A stretch of 64,000 nucleotides of DNA, taken from Scyliorhinus canicula. Taxonomy: Eukaryota. The notes under the pieces were generated by a model. It saw only the letters and a program-made list of their open reading frames with translations, did not search any database and was not told where the DNA came from. This document shows, in pieces, positions 35,750-48,689 of this stretch. The stretch is from assembly GCF_902713615.1 (NCBI RefSeq), contig NC_052160.1, forward strand, positions 137,744,737 through 137,808,736, read 5' to 3'. Position 1 is the stretch's first letter, and each line of letters opens with the position of its first letter. The position numbers and the translations under genes were made by a program.

Positions 35750-36096
35750 GGGCAGCACGGTAGCATTGTAGATAGCACAATCGCTTCACAGCTCCAGGGT
35801 CCCAGGTTCGATTCCTGCTTGGGTCACTGTCTGTGAGGAGTCTGCGCATCCTCCCAGTGTGTGCGTCGGTTTCCTCCGGGTGCTCCGGTTTCCTCCCACA
35901 GTCCAAAGATGTGCAGGTTAGGTGGATTGGCCATGATAAATTGCCCTTAGTGTCCAAAATTGCCCTTTGTGTTGGGTGGGGTTACTGGGTTATGGGGATA
36001 GGATGGAGTTGTTGACCTTGGGTAGGGTGCTCTTTCCAAGAGCCGGTGCAGACTCGATGGGCTGAATGGCCTCCTTCTGCACTGTAAATTCTATGA
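35750..36096 (+). mobile_element. Full-length V-SINE (HE1-like)
   Basis: tRNA-like head, V core and CR1-type tail ending TTCTATGA; further copies at about 11608, 20113, 48975 and 59885. Confidence 0.88.
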
Positions 36097-36769
36097 ATGA
36101 TGGAAAAATGTTACATGTCATAAAACGACATTCGCAAAATGGCAAAGGAAGTTTGTGAAAAAGTTTTAAATGCTTCCATGAGAAGGGAGACATGAGATGG
36201 TTTGGGGCAGAGTCAGAGAGAGAAACAGATTTATGTTGTAGAAACAAAGCTCAGGGGAGTCAGCGAAATGTTTATTTCAAAGTCAAAATTTAACTTCAAA
36301 TTGAGTATAATCAGCTCCAATCAGGATTGTCTCTAACAGTGTGTTTTATATTACACAGTTACCAATGGATTTCCACAACCCATGTCTTACAAGTAGCAAA
36401 CAAATCTGTAAAGTATCAATTTCTGACAACTATCATCGACTGTAAACTTAATAATAACAATAATCTTTATTTGGTTAGGTTCGCATACCCTCAGTCTAGT
36501 TCCTCTTTACACACCCTGGATACCAATTCACAGATTCCCATCCCTCGAATTTTAAAGGATGTGTTTAAATGAATTTCCTGTGTAAAGCACCAAGAGGGTT
36601 ATTTATTTTATTAATACAAATTACAGCAAAAAGCAAAACAACCAGATGTCCAAATTGAAAATATATTTTCAAAGAGAATATCTTTACTAAATATCGTAAT
36701 GTGAGAATGGTCGGCGAACAAGAGATCATTTCCTCAAGTTGCAACCATTGGCATTTACACAAACTATGT

Positions 36770-36919
36770 TGTGAAGCAGTGTGATTGGTCAACTTCTCTT
36801 ATCCTGTACGTGTTAGGCAGATATTTCTAGTTCGAGGAGGAAGGAAATGCTTCATCACAGATCTTTTGAACGATACAGAGACTCTTGTACTGAAACCTGT
36901 GGAAACCGTCACTGGGAGC
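36770..36919 (+). promoter_or_regulatory. Putative proximal promoter/5' UTR of gene C
   Basis: Homologous to 14300-14442; ATTGG at 36784 and CTTATC at 36798 retained; the Ets site reads GAGGAAGG. Confidence 0.45.
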
Positions 36920-36959
36920 ATGGTTTTTACTGCATTGCTGTTCCTCACTTTGATATCAA
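36920..36959 (+). CDS. Gene C leader exon
   Basis: MVFTALLFLTLIS, TCAA|gtaaga, phase 1. Confidence 0.85.
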
Positions 36960-37049
36960 GTAAGATTTTAAAATACTATATTTGGAATAACAGCTCACGT
37001 TTATGTCTGAGAACAATGGCACGACAATCCTATTTAAAAAATTCAGTTC

Positions 37050-38160
37050 GGGGATGTGGCGTCTCTGGTTTTGCCAGCATTTATGGCCCATCCCTCGTTG
37101 CCCTTCAGAAGGTGGCGGTGAGTTGCCTTCTTGAACCACAGCGAGACTTTGAGGTGTAGGTACACCCACTGTGCTGTTAGGGAGAGAGTTCCAGGGTGTT
37201 GCCCCAGCGACAGTGAAGGAACGGCGATCTATTTCCTAGTCAGGGTGGTGAGTGACTTGGAGGGGAACCTCCAGGTGGTGGGGTTCCCAGGTATCTGCTG
37301 CTTTTGTCCTTCTAGATGGTAGTGGTTGTGGGTTTGGAAGGTGCTGTGGAAGGAACCTTGGTGAGTTACTATGGTGCATCTTGTAGATGGGACACACGGC
37401 TGCCACTGTTCGGTGGTCGAGGGTTTGAATGTTTGTGGAAAGGCGAGTAATCAAGCGGGCTGCTTTGTCCTGAATGGGTGTCCAGCTTCTTGAGTATTGT
37501 TGGAGCTGCACTCATCCAGGCAAGTGGAGAATATTCCATTGCACTCCTGACTTGTGTCTAGTAGATGGTGGACAGGTTTTGGGGGTAGGAGGTGTGTTCT
37601 TCGCCTGAGGATTCCTGTATTGTAGCTTCACCAGGTTGACACCTCATTGTTCAGTATTCCTGATGTTGCTCCTGGCATGCTCTCCTGCACTCTTCATTAA
37701 ACCAGGGTTGATCCCCTGGCTGAGTGGTAATGGTAGAGTGGAGGATATGCCGGGCCATGAGGTTGCAGATTGTGGTTGAGTACAATACTGCTGCTGATGA
37801 TGACCCACAGCGCCATATGGATGCCCAGTGTTGAGTTGCTGGATCTGTTCAAAGTCTACCCCAGTTTCCTTGGCCATGTTTAGTCTGAAGCCATACGGAC
37901 TTCATGGGGTCCAGAGTCGATGTTGAGGACTCCCAGGGCAAGTCCCTCCCGACTGTTACCCACTGTGCCTCCACCTTGCTGGTGAGACAGGACATAGCCA
38001 GGAATGGTGATGTCTGGGACGTTATCTGTAAGGTATGATTCTGTGAGTATGTCAGGCTGTTGCATAACTAGTCTGTGAGATAGCTCTCCCAACTTTGGCA
38101 CAAGCCCCCAGATGTTAGTAAGGAGGACTTTGCAGGGTTGGCAGGGCTGGGTTTGCCATT
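37050..38160 (-). mobile_element. L2/CR1-group LINE remnant shared with gene B intron 1
   Basis: IQDKAARLI... and KVLLTNIWGLVPKLGELSHRL; same position as 14575-15370. Confidence 0.75.
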
Positions 38161-38163
38161 GTT

Positions 38164-38299
38164 GTGTCCGGGGCATTGTCGTGTCCGGGGCATTGCCGTG
38201 TCCGGGGCATTGCCGTGTCCGGGGCATTGTCGTGTCCGGGGCATTGCCGTGTCCGGGGCATTGCCGTGTCCGGGGCATTGTCGTTTCCGGGGCATTGTC
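38164..38299. repeat. 17-bp tandem array GTGTCCGGGGCATTG(C/T)C x8
   Basis: Counted directly; variants run T,C,C,T,C,C,T,T. Confidence 0.97.
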
Positions 38300-39884
38300 G
38301 TGTTTTTCTAGCGGTTGGATATCACTGAGTGGGGATGGGCCATTTCAGAGGGCGTTTAAACGTCAACCATATTGGGTCTAGAGACACATGTGGGCCAGAC
38401 CAGGTCAGGATGGTAGATGCAGATTTCCTTCCCTAAAGGGCATTAGTGAACCAGGTGGGTTTTTAACAACAATTGACAACGGTTTCATGGTCATCATTAG
38501 ATTTTTAATTCCAGAAATTTAACTGAATTTAAATCCCACCACCTGCCGTTGTGGGATTCGAACCCAGCTCCCCAGATCATTGTCCTGGGTCTCTGGATTA
38601 CACATCCAGCGACAATACCACTACACCACTGCCTCCGCACAGGGGTAAAGAAACACAGACTCTGGGCCAAAGGAGGGAAGGTTGGAGGGGTTGACCAAAA
38701 GCTCCGTCAAAGGGGTGGGTTTTAAAGAGGATCCTAAATGGGGAGAGGGAGTTGGCGAGGAGGAGGGGTTTAGCGATGGAGATTCAAAACTTTCGATCTG
38801 ATTGAAAACTCAGCCATTAACAGAGGGCAAAGGGAGGAACCGATGCACTTGTTTTGGAGGATTGGAGAGTTCCCTCAGGGAGGGGGATAATGGAATATTG
38901 GAGGATATTACAGGAATGAGAACAGATGACAACAATTTGCAAGATCTAGAGGTCCACATGGTACTGAAGCCTGCCACCCAGGGACAGCAGCAGGAATAGA
39001 ATCCATCATATGTTCCATATCTGAAGTAAAGAAAAGGGAGGAGGGTGGGGACTAGGACAGTGGGGATAGTACTTTCTGAGGGCAGATCAGTTACAATGAT
39101 GGGCTGTGTAGTTTCCTTCTGTCTTGTGAAATCCTGTGGTTCCCTCATGGAAATTGAATATCATCTCAGGATACTGATTAAACCCATTACTTCCCAACAT
39201 GTTGAGACATTTTCATGTTGCAGAAATCCTTGCCTGCACCCTCAGCTATCTTTCCCTGCCATACTATCTACTGAATAAGGTAACACCCTCATTTCTGACC
39301 AATTATCATCATTTCGGAATATACTTTACCTCTTTGATTGAGGAAATGTGGCTGTGTTTCACAAAGGATAAAAGATGTGGTGACAAACTTCTGGAGCCTA
39401 AAGAAATTTCTTGATTCGTCCAGAATTTTGCTTCACATGAGCCAAGTCTTGATCTTTAAACAATGTTTATCAGGTTGGGAAGGGTAAAGAGGTCGCAGTC
39501 CGTTGTTGAGATTCTATAATAGAGGCCATTCCTTCTGCTTGTGATAACACAACGGAAGAAAGGATAATAATCAAAAAGCAGAACACATTATTATTTTAAG
39601 AGAATGCAGGTTTAACGTGGATAGGCCTGGGCCCATTGCTCAGTGCCTGGGAGAGATGTACCTGCAGAATGTGCTTCTCTCTCTGTGCCACATCCTGCAG
39701 CAATGGCAGCTGCCCCACAACACATCCAGTCACCAAATGTATCACAATGCCAAGGTGGCAGCTTCCTGGGTGGTAGCAGCTGTCAGGATTGGCTCATTCC
39801 TGAAGGAGCAGGCCCAATTCTTCACACGCACACATACAAGCACACTCACACATACTCTCCCTCTCACTCCCGAACAGACACACT

Positions 39885-40518
39885 GGCCGGGATTCCCCGG
39901 CCCTGCGCCGGGTCGGAGAATCCCCGGGGGGAGGCGCGAATCCCGACCCACCGCCCCGACGCTGGCTGCCCTATTCTCCGGCGCCGTTTTTCAGGGGCCG
40001 GCGGGATTCCCGCCACGCCGGTCAGGGGGCCATTGACAGGGCCCCTCCCCCAGTGATTCTCTGGGCCCCGATGGGCCAGGTGGCCATAAAGTTTTGCCCA
40101 GTCCTGCCGGCGTGAATTACTCACCTCACGCATAGCGGGACCTGGCAGGTAAGTGTGCGGGGGCGGTTCTGGGGGCAGGGTGGTTCCGACCCCAGGGGAG
40201 GGCCCCCACGATGGCCTGGCCCGCGATCGGGGCCTACCGATCTGCGGGCAGGCTGGTTCCGTGGGGGTCTTCTTTCCTCCGGGCCCCTGTCAGGCTCCGC
40301 CATATTGCCCGGGGGCCGGCACGGAGAAGGGAATCCCCGCGCATGCGCGGAAATACGCCAGCCATTCTGCGCATGCACAAACTCCGGCTGGAGCTGTGGG
40401 GCGACTCCGGTGGCAGCCTAGCCCCCCAGAAAGGTGAGGATTTCTCACTTTCGGAGTTGTTGGTGCCAGTTTTCCCGCCGGTGTGGGGACATAGCCCCAT
40501 TTTCAGAGAATCCCGCCC
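39885..40518. mobile_element. GC-rich MITE
   Basis: Termini GGCCGGGATTC...GAATCCCGCCC; inserted in CA-rich DNA. Confidence 0.7.
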
Positions 40519-41550
40519 ACTGACTCTCTCACTCCCATTAACACACACACACAATCTCACTGCCTCACACACACACACATCTCTCATGTGCACACACTTT
40601 CTTTCTCACACACACCACACACACTCACTGGCTCACTTCCACACAAACACAAAGGGTAGGATTCTACGTCCGTGGGATCCTCCGCTTCGCCGGCAGCTCC
40701 CTCACGCCCCCGTGATGTTCCCATAGCGTGGGGGGTGTCCACAACGGGAAACCCCATTGGCCGGCTGCCGGGACGGAGAATCCCGCACAANNNNNNNNNN
40801 NNNNNNNNNNNNNNNNNNNNNNNNNNNNNNNNNNNNNNNNNNNNNNNNNNNNNNNNNNNNNNNNNNNNNNNNNNNNNNNNNNNNNNNNNNNNNNNNNNNN
40901 NNNNNNNNNNNNNNNNNNNNNNNNNNNNNNNNNNNNNNNNNNNNNNNNNNNNNNACACACTCTCATTTCCTGACACACACACTCTCACACACGCACCCTC
41001 CCACTTCCTCACACACACACACACTCTCACTTCCTGACACACACGCACACNNNNNNNNNNNNNNNNNNNNNNNNNNNNNNNNNNNNNNNNNNNNNNNNNN
41101 NNNNNNNNNNNNNNNNNNNNNNNNNNNNNNNNNNNNNNNNNNNNNNNNNNNNNNNNNNNNNNNNNNNNNNNNNNNNNNNNNNNNNNNNNNNNNNNNNNNN
41201 NNNNNNNNNNNNNNNNNNNNNNNNNNNNNNNNNNNNNCTGACACACACATACACNNNNNNNNNNNNNNNNNNNNNNNNNNNNNNNNNNNNNNNNNNNNNN
41301 NNNNNNNNNNNNNNNNNNNNNNNNNNNNNNNNNNNNNNNNNNNNNNNNNNNNNNNNNNNNNNNNNNNNNNNNNNNNNNNNNNNNNNNNNNNNNNNNNNNN
41401 NNNNNNACNNNNNNNNNNNNNNNNNNNNNNNNNNNNNNNNNNNNNNNNNNNNNNNNNNNNNNNNNNNNNNNNNNNNNNNNNNNNNNNNNNNNNNNNNNNN
41501 NNNNNNNNNNNNNNNNNNNNNNNNNNNNNNNNNNNNNNNNNNNNNNNNNN
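40519..41550. repeat. CA/CT-rich simple sequence with assembly gaps (N at 40791-40954, 41051-41237, 41255-41550)
   Basis: Directly visible. Confidence 0.9.
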
Positions 41551-41569
41551 CTCCAACCTCCATTCCGAG

Positions 41570-41796
41570 TGATGCACGATCAATTGTACAAAGACTCAGA
41601 TTGGGTACAACTGTGGCTTTATTGCAGTCAGATGCGTGGCCTCCTACAGCAGCTGGCGAAATGGCAGCTGCATAGAGGACACACATATTTATACTCCTCT
41701 TCCTGGGCGGAGCCAGCAGGCAGGGGCTACCGGCAAACCTGTAATACAGGTCCTACCTTACATCCCCTAATACAGGTGTAACTGTGGTTCACCACA
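41570..41796 (-). mobile_element. Solo LTR, 227 bp
   Basis: TGATG...CCACA termini and a perfect 5-bp TSD CCGAG. Confidence 0.88.
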
Positions 41797-42703
41797 CCGA
41801 GGCCTTGCAATGAGCCTCTCCTCCCCTGCATCTCACAATCTGTGTCTCCTCCCCGGGGCCTCCTCACTCTGCTCCCCATTCCCGTTTGGAGGTGCCGGAG
41901 TGGTATTCCGGTGTGCTCCAGCATTATCACACCATTAACAGAAGAGGAAGATGATAAGGCAGTTGTGGGATTCTTGAATTTTAAATAGGAGTATTAAATA
42001 CAAAGTGTGAGGAGTTATGTTAACCCTTCACTACTCACTGGTTAGGTCACTGGTTAGGTACTGTGTTCAACTCTGGGCAACACACTTGAGGGAGGAGGTC
42101 AAGCCCCTGGCGAGGGCACAGGGCAGATTTACCAGGATGATACCAGGGATGTGGCAGTTTGGTTATGTGGGCAGATTGGAGAAATTGGGATTATTGTCCT
42201 TAGAGCAGAAAAGATTAAAGGGAAATTTAATAAATGTATTGAAATTGAGGAAGGGTCTTAAGCAGCAGGTGGAGAGTAATTATTTCCTCTGGCTGGTGGA
42301 TTGGTAACAAGAGATCATAGAGTTAAAATAGTTGGGAGAAAAACCAGTGGATAAATGAGAAGTTATTTCACACATTAGGCTGTTATTATCTGGAATACAC
42401 CAACTGGAATAGTCATGGAATAAGATTCATAATTCATAAGATATAAGAACAGAATTAGGCTATTTGGCCCATCGAGTCTGCTCCACCATTCTATCATGGC
42501 TGTCATGTCCCTCATCTGCTACCTACAATGTTACAGACCAAGAGCGAGATTGCAGAATCAGCCGGAGCATCTCCTCCCTGGAACACACGACCTCAGGGCC
42601 GGAGTGGGGAATTTACCCTCCCGAGCCCAACACCCTCAATGTGATCGTGGCTGATCCCATCCTGGCCTCAATTCCACCGTCCTGCCTGTTCTCCATAACC
42701 CTT

Positions 42704-42976
42704 TGATGTGACCATCAATTCACACAAAACCAGGAGTAGAGGTAAACTGTGGTTTTAATCAACTAGAACAGTGCCTGCCTGCAACTGGTCTGCTACTGAG
42801 AGCCGCTTACAGAGCTACTGCTCTTTATACCTCCACTCAGGGGGTGGAGCCCCACAGGCCCCAACATGCTACATTATAGGTAATACCTTACAATGGTCCA
42901 TAGGTGGAGCCCAAATGGGCAACAGCATAATACAGATAAGCACATGGTGAATTGTTCCTGCAATACATTCACCACA
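42704..42976 (-). mobile_element. Solo LTR, 273 bp
   Basis: TGATG...CCACA termini and a perfect 5-bp TSD CCCTT. Confidence 0.88.
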
Positions 42977-43097
42977 CCCTTCAAACCCTTACCAATTAAA
43001 AATCTGTCTAACTCCTCCTTAAATTTACTCCAGTCTCTGCATCCACCGCACTCTGGGGTAGCGAATTCCACAGATTCACAACCCTTTGGGAGAAGTA

Positions 43098-43724
43098 GGG
43101 TGGAATTCTCCCCCCCCCCCCCCTCCCGCCATGTCGCCACGGCACCCGCACGCGATTCTCCCACCCCCCCCAAACCGGCATGGCGAGATTCACGGCTGGC
43201 CGCTGGGAGAATCGGCGCTCACCGTTTGTAGCGGGCGAGCGGCGATTCTCCGGCCCGGATGGGCCGAGCGGCTGCCCCAACATGACAGGTTCCCGCCGCC
43301 GCCGTCCTCACATGGTCGCTGCCGGCGGGAACAGCGCGGGAACACTGGGGGGGGCAGCCTGTGGGAGGGGGGGGAGCCTCGAAAGGGGTCTGGCCCGCGA
43401 TCGGTACCCACCAATCGGCGCGCCAGCCTCTCTGAAGGAGGACATCCTTTCCTCTGCCGCCCCGCAAGATCCATCCGACATCTTCTTGCGGGGTAGACGC
43501 GGGGAGGCTGGCACTCCCACATGCGCGGGTGACGTAATTTGCACGGCGCAGCCGCGTCATTTATGCGTGCAGGGCCTTGGCGTCACGTAAATGACGCGGT
43601 GCTGCTCCTCGCCCCCCGGGAGCGGGAGAATAGGGGGCTGGGAGCGGCCTCCAACGCCGGAGTGAAACACTCTCCTTTTCACTCCGACGTCAGGATTTAG
43701 TCTCCCGATGGGAGAATTGCATCC
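43098..43724. mobile_element. GC-rich MITE
   Basis: Termini GGGTGGAATTCTC...GAGAATTGCATCC; splits the CR1. Confidence 0.7.
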
Positions 43725-44013
43725 TTCGTTTTTCCTCAAATCTGTTTTAAATTTGTTACCTCTTATTCTAAGATTATGACCTCTCGATTTTAAATGCCCC
43801 ACAAGAGGAAGCATCAGCTCCACGTCTACTTTATCCAGACCGTTTATCATCTTGTCTACCTCAATTAGATCTCCCCTCATTCTTCTAAACTCTGGAGAGT
43901 ATCGGCCTAAACTGTTCAATCTCTCCCCATACGACAAATCCCTCATCTCTGGAATCAATCGAGTGAACCTCCTCTCAACTGCCTCCAATCCCACTACATT
44001 TCTCCTCAAATAT

Positions 44014-45908
44014 GGGGCGAAATTCTCTGCAGACCATCGTAACGCCGATTTCCGGCGAGCAAAATTGGAGTAGATGACTCCGGCGTCCGGGCCTTCTTTT
44101 AGGCGGCTATTCTCCGTTCCCGGAGGGGCCAGCATCGGACTGACGCGATACGCGTCAGTTTCACCAGCTGCGGAAGTGGTGAGACCCGGCGTTTTTTTGG
44201 GGGGGGGGGAGGAGGAGAGAGACAGACCCGGCATTTGGGGGGGGGGGAGGAGAGAGACAGACCCGGCATTTGGGGGGGGGGGTTCCGGCATTTGAGGGGG
44301 GGGGTTGCGGCATCGGGGGGGGTTGTGGCATCGGGGGGGGGGTTGCGGCATCGGGGGGGGGTTGCGGCATCGGGGGGGGGTTGCGGCATCGGGGGGGGGG
44401 GTGGGGCATCGGGGGGGGTTGGGGCATCGGGGGGGGGTTGCGGCATCGGGGGGGGTTGCGGCATCGGGGGGTGTTGCAGCATCGGGGGGGGGTTGCGGCA
44501 TCGGGGGGGGTTGCGGCATGGGGGGGGGTTTGGGTGCAGCGGCGTGCAGAGAGGGGGGGCGACGGATGCCCGGGGCCAACGCACCATCGCCCCCCCCTCT
44601 GTACGCCGCTGCCCCCTACCCCAACCACCCCCCCCTCACCACCCCTACCTCCCTCCAACGCCCCTACCCCCCACCCCCCACCCCCCAGTAACGCCGCACC
44701 CCCCCCCCCACTAACGGAGGAAGGAAGGGGGGGAGGAGGAAGGAAGGGGGAGGAGGAAGGGGGGGGAGGAAGGAAGGGGGGAGGAGGAAGGAAGGGGGGG
44801 AGGAGGAAGGAAGGTGGGAGGAGGAAGGAAGGGGGGAGGAGGAAGGAAGGGGGGGAGGAAGGAAGGGGGAGGAGGGGGGGGAGGAGGAGGAGAGGGGGGG
44901 GTTGGGTACTGGCCTTCAGAGGGAGGGGGGGTGTGGGTACCGGCCTTCAGAGGAGGGGGACGGGGTCGTGGGTACCGGCGTTGGGGGGGGGATGGGGACA
45001 CGGCGTTGAGAAGGGGGGGGACCCGGCGTTGAGGGTGGGGGGTTGCGGCGTTGCGAGAGATGGGGGTGCGGCGTTGGAGGGGGTAGGGGTGGTGGGGAGG
45101 GGGGTTGGGGAGGGGGGTAGGGGTGGTGGGGAGGGGGGTAGGGGTGGTGGGGAGGGGGGTAGGGGGGGGGGAGGGGGGTTGGGGAGGGGGGTAGGGGTGG
45201 TGGGAGGGGGTAAGGGTGGTGGGGAGGGGGGGGGTAGAGGTGGTGGGGAGGGGGTACGGGTGGTGGGGAGGGGGGTAGGGGCGTTGGAGGGAGGTAGGGG
45301 TGGTGAGGGGGGGTGGTTGGGGTAGGGGGCAGCGGCGTACAGAGGAGGGGGCAGCGGCATACAGAGGGGGGGGGGACGGTGCGTTGGCCCCGGGCATCCG
45401 TCGCCCCCCCTCTCTGCACGCCGCTGCCCCCAAACCCCCCCCCATTGCCGCACCCCCCCCCCGATGCCGCAACCCCCCCCCGATGCCGCAACCCCCCCCG
45501 ATGCCGCAACCCCCCCCGATGCCGCAACCCCCCCCCGATGCCGCAACCCCCCCCGATGCCGCAACCCCCCCCCGATGCCGCAACCCCCCCCCGATGCCGC
45601 AACCCCCCCCCGATGCCGCAACCCCCCCCCCCCATCATCAATGGTTGACGCCGTTTTAAAGGTACTGTGATTTACGCCGACGTGACCCGTGGCCACGTCG
45701 GCGGGACTTCGGCCCATCCGGGGCGGAGATTTGTGGAAACAAAAATATAATGACATCCCACCGGCGCCAGCTGTTTTCAGAGGCTGCCGGCGGGATTTGC
45801 ACAGCGCCGGTTTTTGGCCGGTCAGAGAATTAAAAACCCTGCGGGAGCGGGATTAACGCCGCTGCCGGCCGATTCTCCGACCCTGCGTGGGGTCGGAGAA
45901 TTTCGCCC
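44014..45908. mobile_element. Foldback MITE copy 1 with internal G-rich and C-rich inverted arrays
   Basis: GGGGCGAAATTCTC...GAGAATTTCGCCC termini; (GTTGCGGCATCGGGGG)n on the left is complementary to (CCCCCGATGCCGCAAC)n on the right. Confidence 0.75.
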
Positions 45909-45918
45909 AAGGGGACCA

Positions 45919-46094
45919 AATACTCCAATACTCCAAGCAGCACAATACTCCAAGCAGCACAATACTCCAAGCAGCACAATACTCCAAGCAGCACAATACT
46001 CCAAGCAGCACAATACTCCAATACTCCAAGCAGCACAATACTCCAATACTCCAAGCAGCACAATACTCCAATACTCCAAGCAGCACAATAGTCC
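45919..46094. repeat. Tandem array of AATACTCCAAGCAGCAC (17 bp) with 8-bp sub-duplications
   Basis: Directly visible; derived from CR1 sequence next to the MITE. Confidence 0.95.
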
Positions 46095-46304
46095 AGGTGC
46101 AGTCTTACTAATGCTTCCAAAAGGCAGATGGACAAAAATTTGAAGGGGACCAATGTGCAGGGTTTCGGGGGGGGGGGGGGGGGGGGTGGTGTGCTGGGGG
46201 GTGGGATTAAATTGGACAATAAATTTTCCAGGAGCTGGCACAGACATGACGGGCCGAATGGCCTCCTTCTCTGCTTTAAGGTTCTTGATTCCAGTCCCAC
46301 TCAG

Positions 46305-47998
46305 GGGGCGAAATGCTCCGCGGACCGACGTGACGCCCATTTCCCGCGGGAAAAAGCGGTGCGCATGACTCCGGCGTCCGGGCCTTCTTTTCAGCTGGCA
46401 ATCTCCGTTCCCGGAAGGGCCAGCAGCGGACTGACGGGGGGTTCCGGCAATGGGGGGGGGGGGGGGGTTTCCGGCATGGGGGGGGGGGTTCCGGCATTGG
46501 GGGGGGGGTTCCGGCATTGGGGGGGTGTTCCGGCATTGGGGGGGGGTCCGGCACTGGGGGGGGGGGGTTTCGGCATTGTGGGGGGGGGGGGTTCCGGCAT
46601 TGGGGGGGGGGGTTCCGGCATTGGGGGGGGGGGGGTTCCGGCATTGGGGGGGGGGTTCCGGCATGGGGGGGGGGTTGCGGGCAGCGGCGTGCAGAGAGGG
46701 GGGGCGACGGATGCCCGGGGCCAACGCACCGTCGCCCCCCCCCCTCTGTACGCCGCTGCCCCCTACCCCAACACCCCCTCACCACCCCTACCTCCCTCCC
46801 CACCCCTACCTCCCTCCCCACCCCTACCTCCCTCCCCACCACTACCCCCCTCCCCACCACTCCTACCCCCCTCCAACGCCGCCCCCCCATCTCTCGCAAC
46901 GCCGCAACCCCCCCCCCCCTCAACGCCGGGTCCCCCCCCCCCTCAACGCCGGGTCCCCCCCCCCTCAACTGCCTGGTACCCCCCCCCCTCAATGCCGGTA
47001 CCCCCCCCCCTCAGCGCCTGGTACCCCCCCCCTCAACGCCGGTACCCCCCCCCCCAACGCCGGTACCCACACCCCCCCCCCTCTGAAGGCCGGTACCCAC
47101 ACCACCCCCCTCTCTCTCCTCCTCCCCCCCTTCCTTCCTCCCCCCCTTCCTTCCTCCCCCCCCCTTCCTCCTCCCCCCCCCCTTCCTTCCTCCGTTAGTG
47201 GGGGGGGGTGCGGCGTTGGAGGGGGGTAGGGGTGGTGGGGAGGGGGGTAGGGGTGGTGGGGAGGGGGGTAGGGGCGTTGGAGGGAGGTAGGGGTGGTGAG
47301 GGGGGGTGGTTGGGGTAGGGGGCAGCGGCGTACAGAGGGGGGGGCGACGGTGCGTTGGCCCAGGGCATCCGTAGCCCCCCCTCTCTGCACGCCGCTGCCC
47401 CCAAACCCCCCCCCGATGCCGCAACCCACCCCCCGATGCCGCAACCCACCCCCCCCATGCCCCCCCGATGCCGCAACCCACCCCCCGATGCCACAACCCC
47501 CCCATGCCCCCCCGATGCCGCAACCCACCCCCCGATGCCGCAACCCACCCCCCCATGCCCCCCCCGATGCCGCAACCCACCCCCCGATGCCGCAACCCAC
47601 CCCCCCATGCCCCCCCCCGATGCCACAACCCACCCCCGATGCCGCAACCCCCCCCCCGATGCCGCAACCCCCCCCCCCCCGATGCCGCAACCCCCCCCCC
47701 GTACACTGAACGGCGTCAACCATCATCAATGGATGACGCCGTTTTAAAGCAACTGTGATTTTCGCCGACGTGACCCGTGGCCACGTCGGCGGGACTTCGG
47801 CCCATCCGGGCCGGAGATTTGTGGACACTAAAAAAAAAATGAAATCCCGCCGGCGCCAGCTGTTTTCAGAGGCTGCCGGCGGGATTTGCACAACGCCGGT
47901 TTTTGGCCGGTCAGAGATTTAAAAACCCTGCGGGAGCGGGATTAACGCCGCTGCCCGCCGATTCTCCGACCCTGCGTGGGGTCGGAGAATCCCGCCCC
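46305..47998. mobile_element. Foldback MITE copy 2, ending about 90 bp upstream of the gene C D1 exon
   Basis: Same termini and arms as copy 1; empty site CTCAG^GATTTG at about 21135 in gene B. Confidence 0.78.
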
Positions 47999-48090
47999 GG
48001 ATTTGTGTGTCTCCCCTTGTGAAAGGATTGTCTAAAATTGATTGTTGGGATATTTCCAGCTTTCCTAAAACTTAATGTTTCCCCCAACAG

Positions 48091-48417
48091 CTTCACAGAC
48101 ACAGACGGCTTCGATAGTGATGAAAGCTGCAGTGGGAGAAACCATCACAGTGGGATGTCCACAGGCAGAAAGGTACAAAAGAAACTATGTTATCTGGTGG
48201 TGCAAGGCAACTTCGGGAACTCGGTGCGATCATATATCGAGCATTGGACAGAAAGTCAGAAACGATTATCGAGGAACATCGATTGCTGATACCAATGGCA
48301 GGATTTCAGTAACCATACGACACCTTGAAGAGAAAGATACAGGAACATACTGGTGTGGGGCACTTGATAATGGTGTAATCCATACTTTAGATGTTATATT
48401 GCTGAAGGTTTTCACAG
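48091..48417 (+). CDS. Gene C exon: Ig V-set domain D1
   Basis: ccaacag|CT...ACAG|gtaaga, 327 bp phase 1-1, canonical DTGTYWCG. Confidence 0.92.
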
Positions 48418-48689
48418 GTAAGAATATTTCAGAAGATTAATTCTAGCGTTGATAATGTGGTTGGGCTGCAGTAACACTGCTGCTGTGTGAGCTCAGACTA
48501 TGAAAGGATTATCACAGCTCCTTATGTGCAAGTAAAGACCCCCCCCCCCATCCTCCTATTTCTCTCCATTTCCATTAACCTCTCTAAACATATTTCCCCC
48601 TTACACATCGACAAACCTAACATCATATTCCACCCAAACCTGTTTTTTAAAATTATTTTACGGTATGTTGGCGTCGCTGACTAGACCAG

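Larger units (their letters stand above)
42420..46110 (-). mobile_element. CR1 3' fragment hosting nested insertions
   Basis: RRFTRLIPEMRDLSYGERLNSLG...RRMRGDLIEV; absent at the homologous site of gene B (about 20950). Confidence 0.75.

Noticed and set aside
35750-35830. tRNA genes
   Set aside because: These are tRNA-derived SINE heads fused to the V core and LINE tail.
39617-39850. Protein-like stretch LAQCLGEMYLQNVLL...
   Set aside because: No recognisable motif, splice context or paralogous copy; it cannot be supported without a database search.
40584-41686. ORFs of 100-270 aa
   Set aside because: They consist mostly of N gaps and CA repeats.
38164-46094. Shared 17-bp periodicity of several arrays in gene C intron 1
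   Set aside because: The units are unrelated in sequence and derive from different host repeats; treated as coincidence.
43557-47891. Many long Pro/Gly-rich ORFs
   Set aside because: They are by-products of G/C-run arrays inside MITEs; present on both strands with no domain signal.
48146-48183. RSS-like CACAGTG + 22 bp + ACAAAAGAA in D1 (also at 21279)
   Set aside because: It lies before the first Cys rather than at the V 3' end and is explained by the ITVG codons. The nonamer matches only 5-6 of 9, and the exons already encode the G strand, so these are not rearranging segments.
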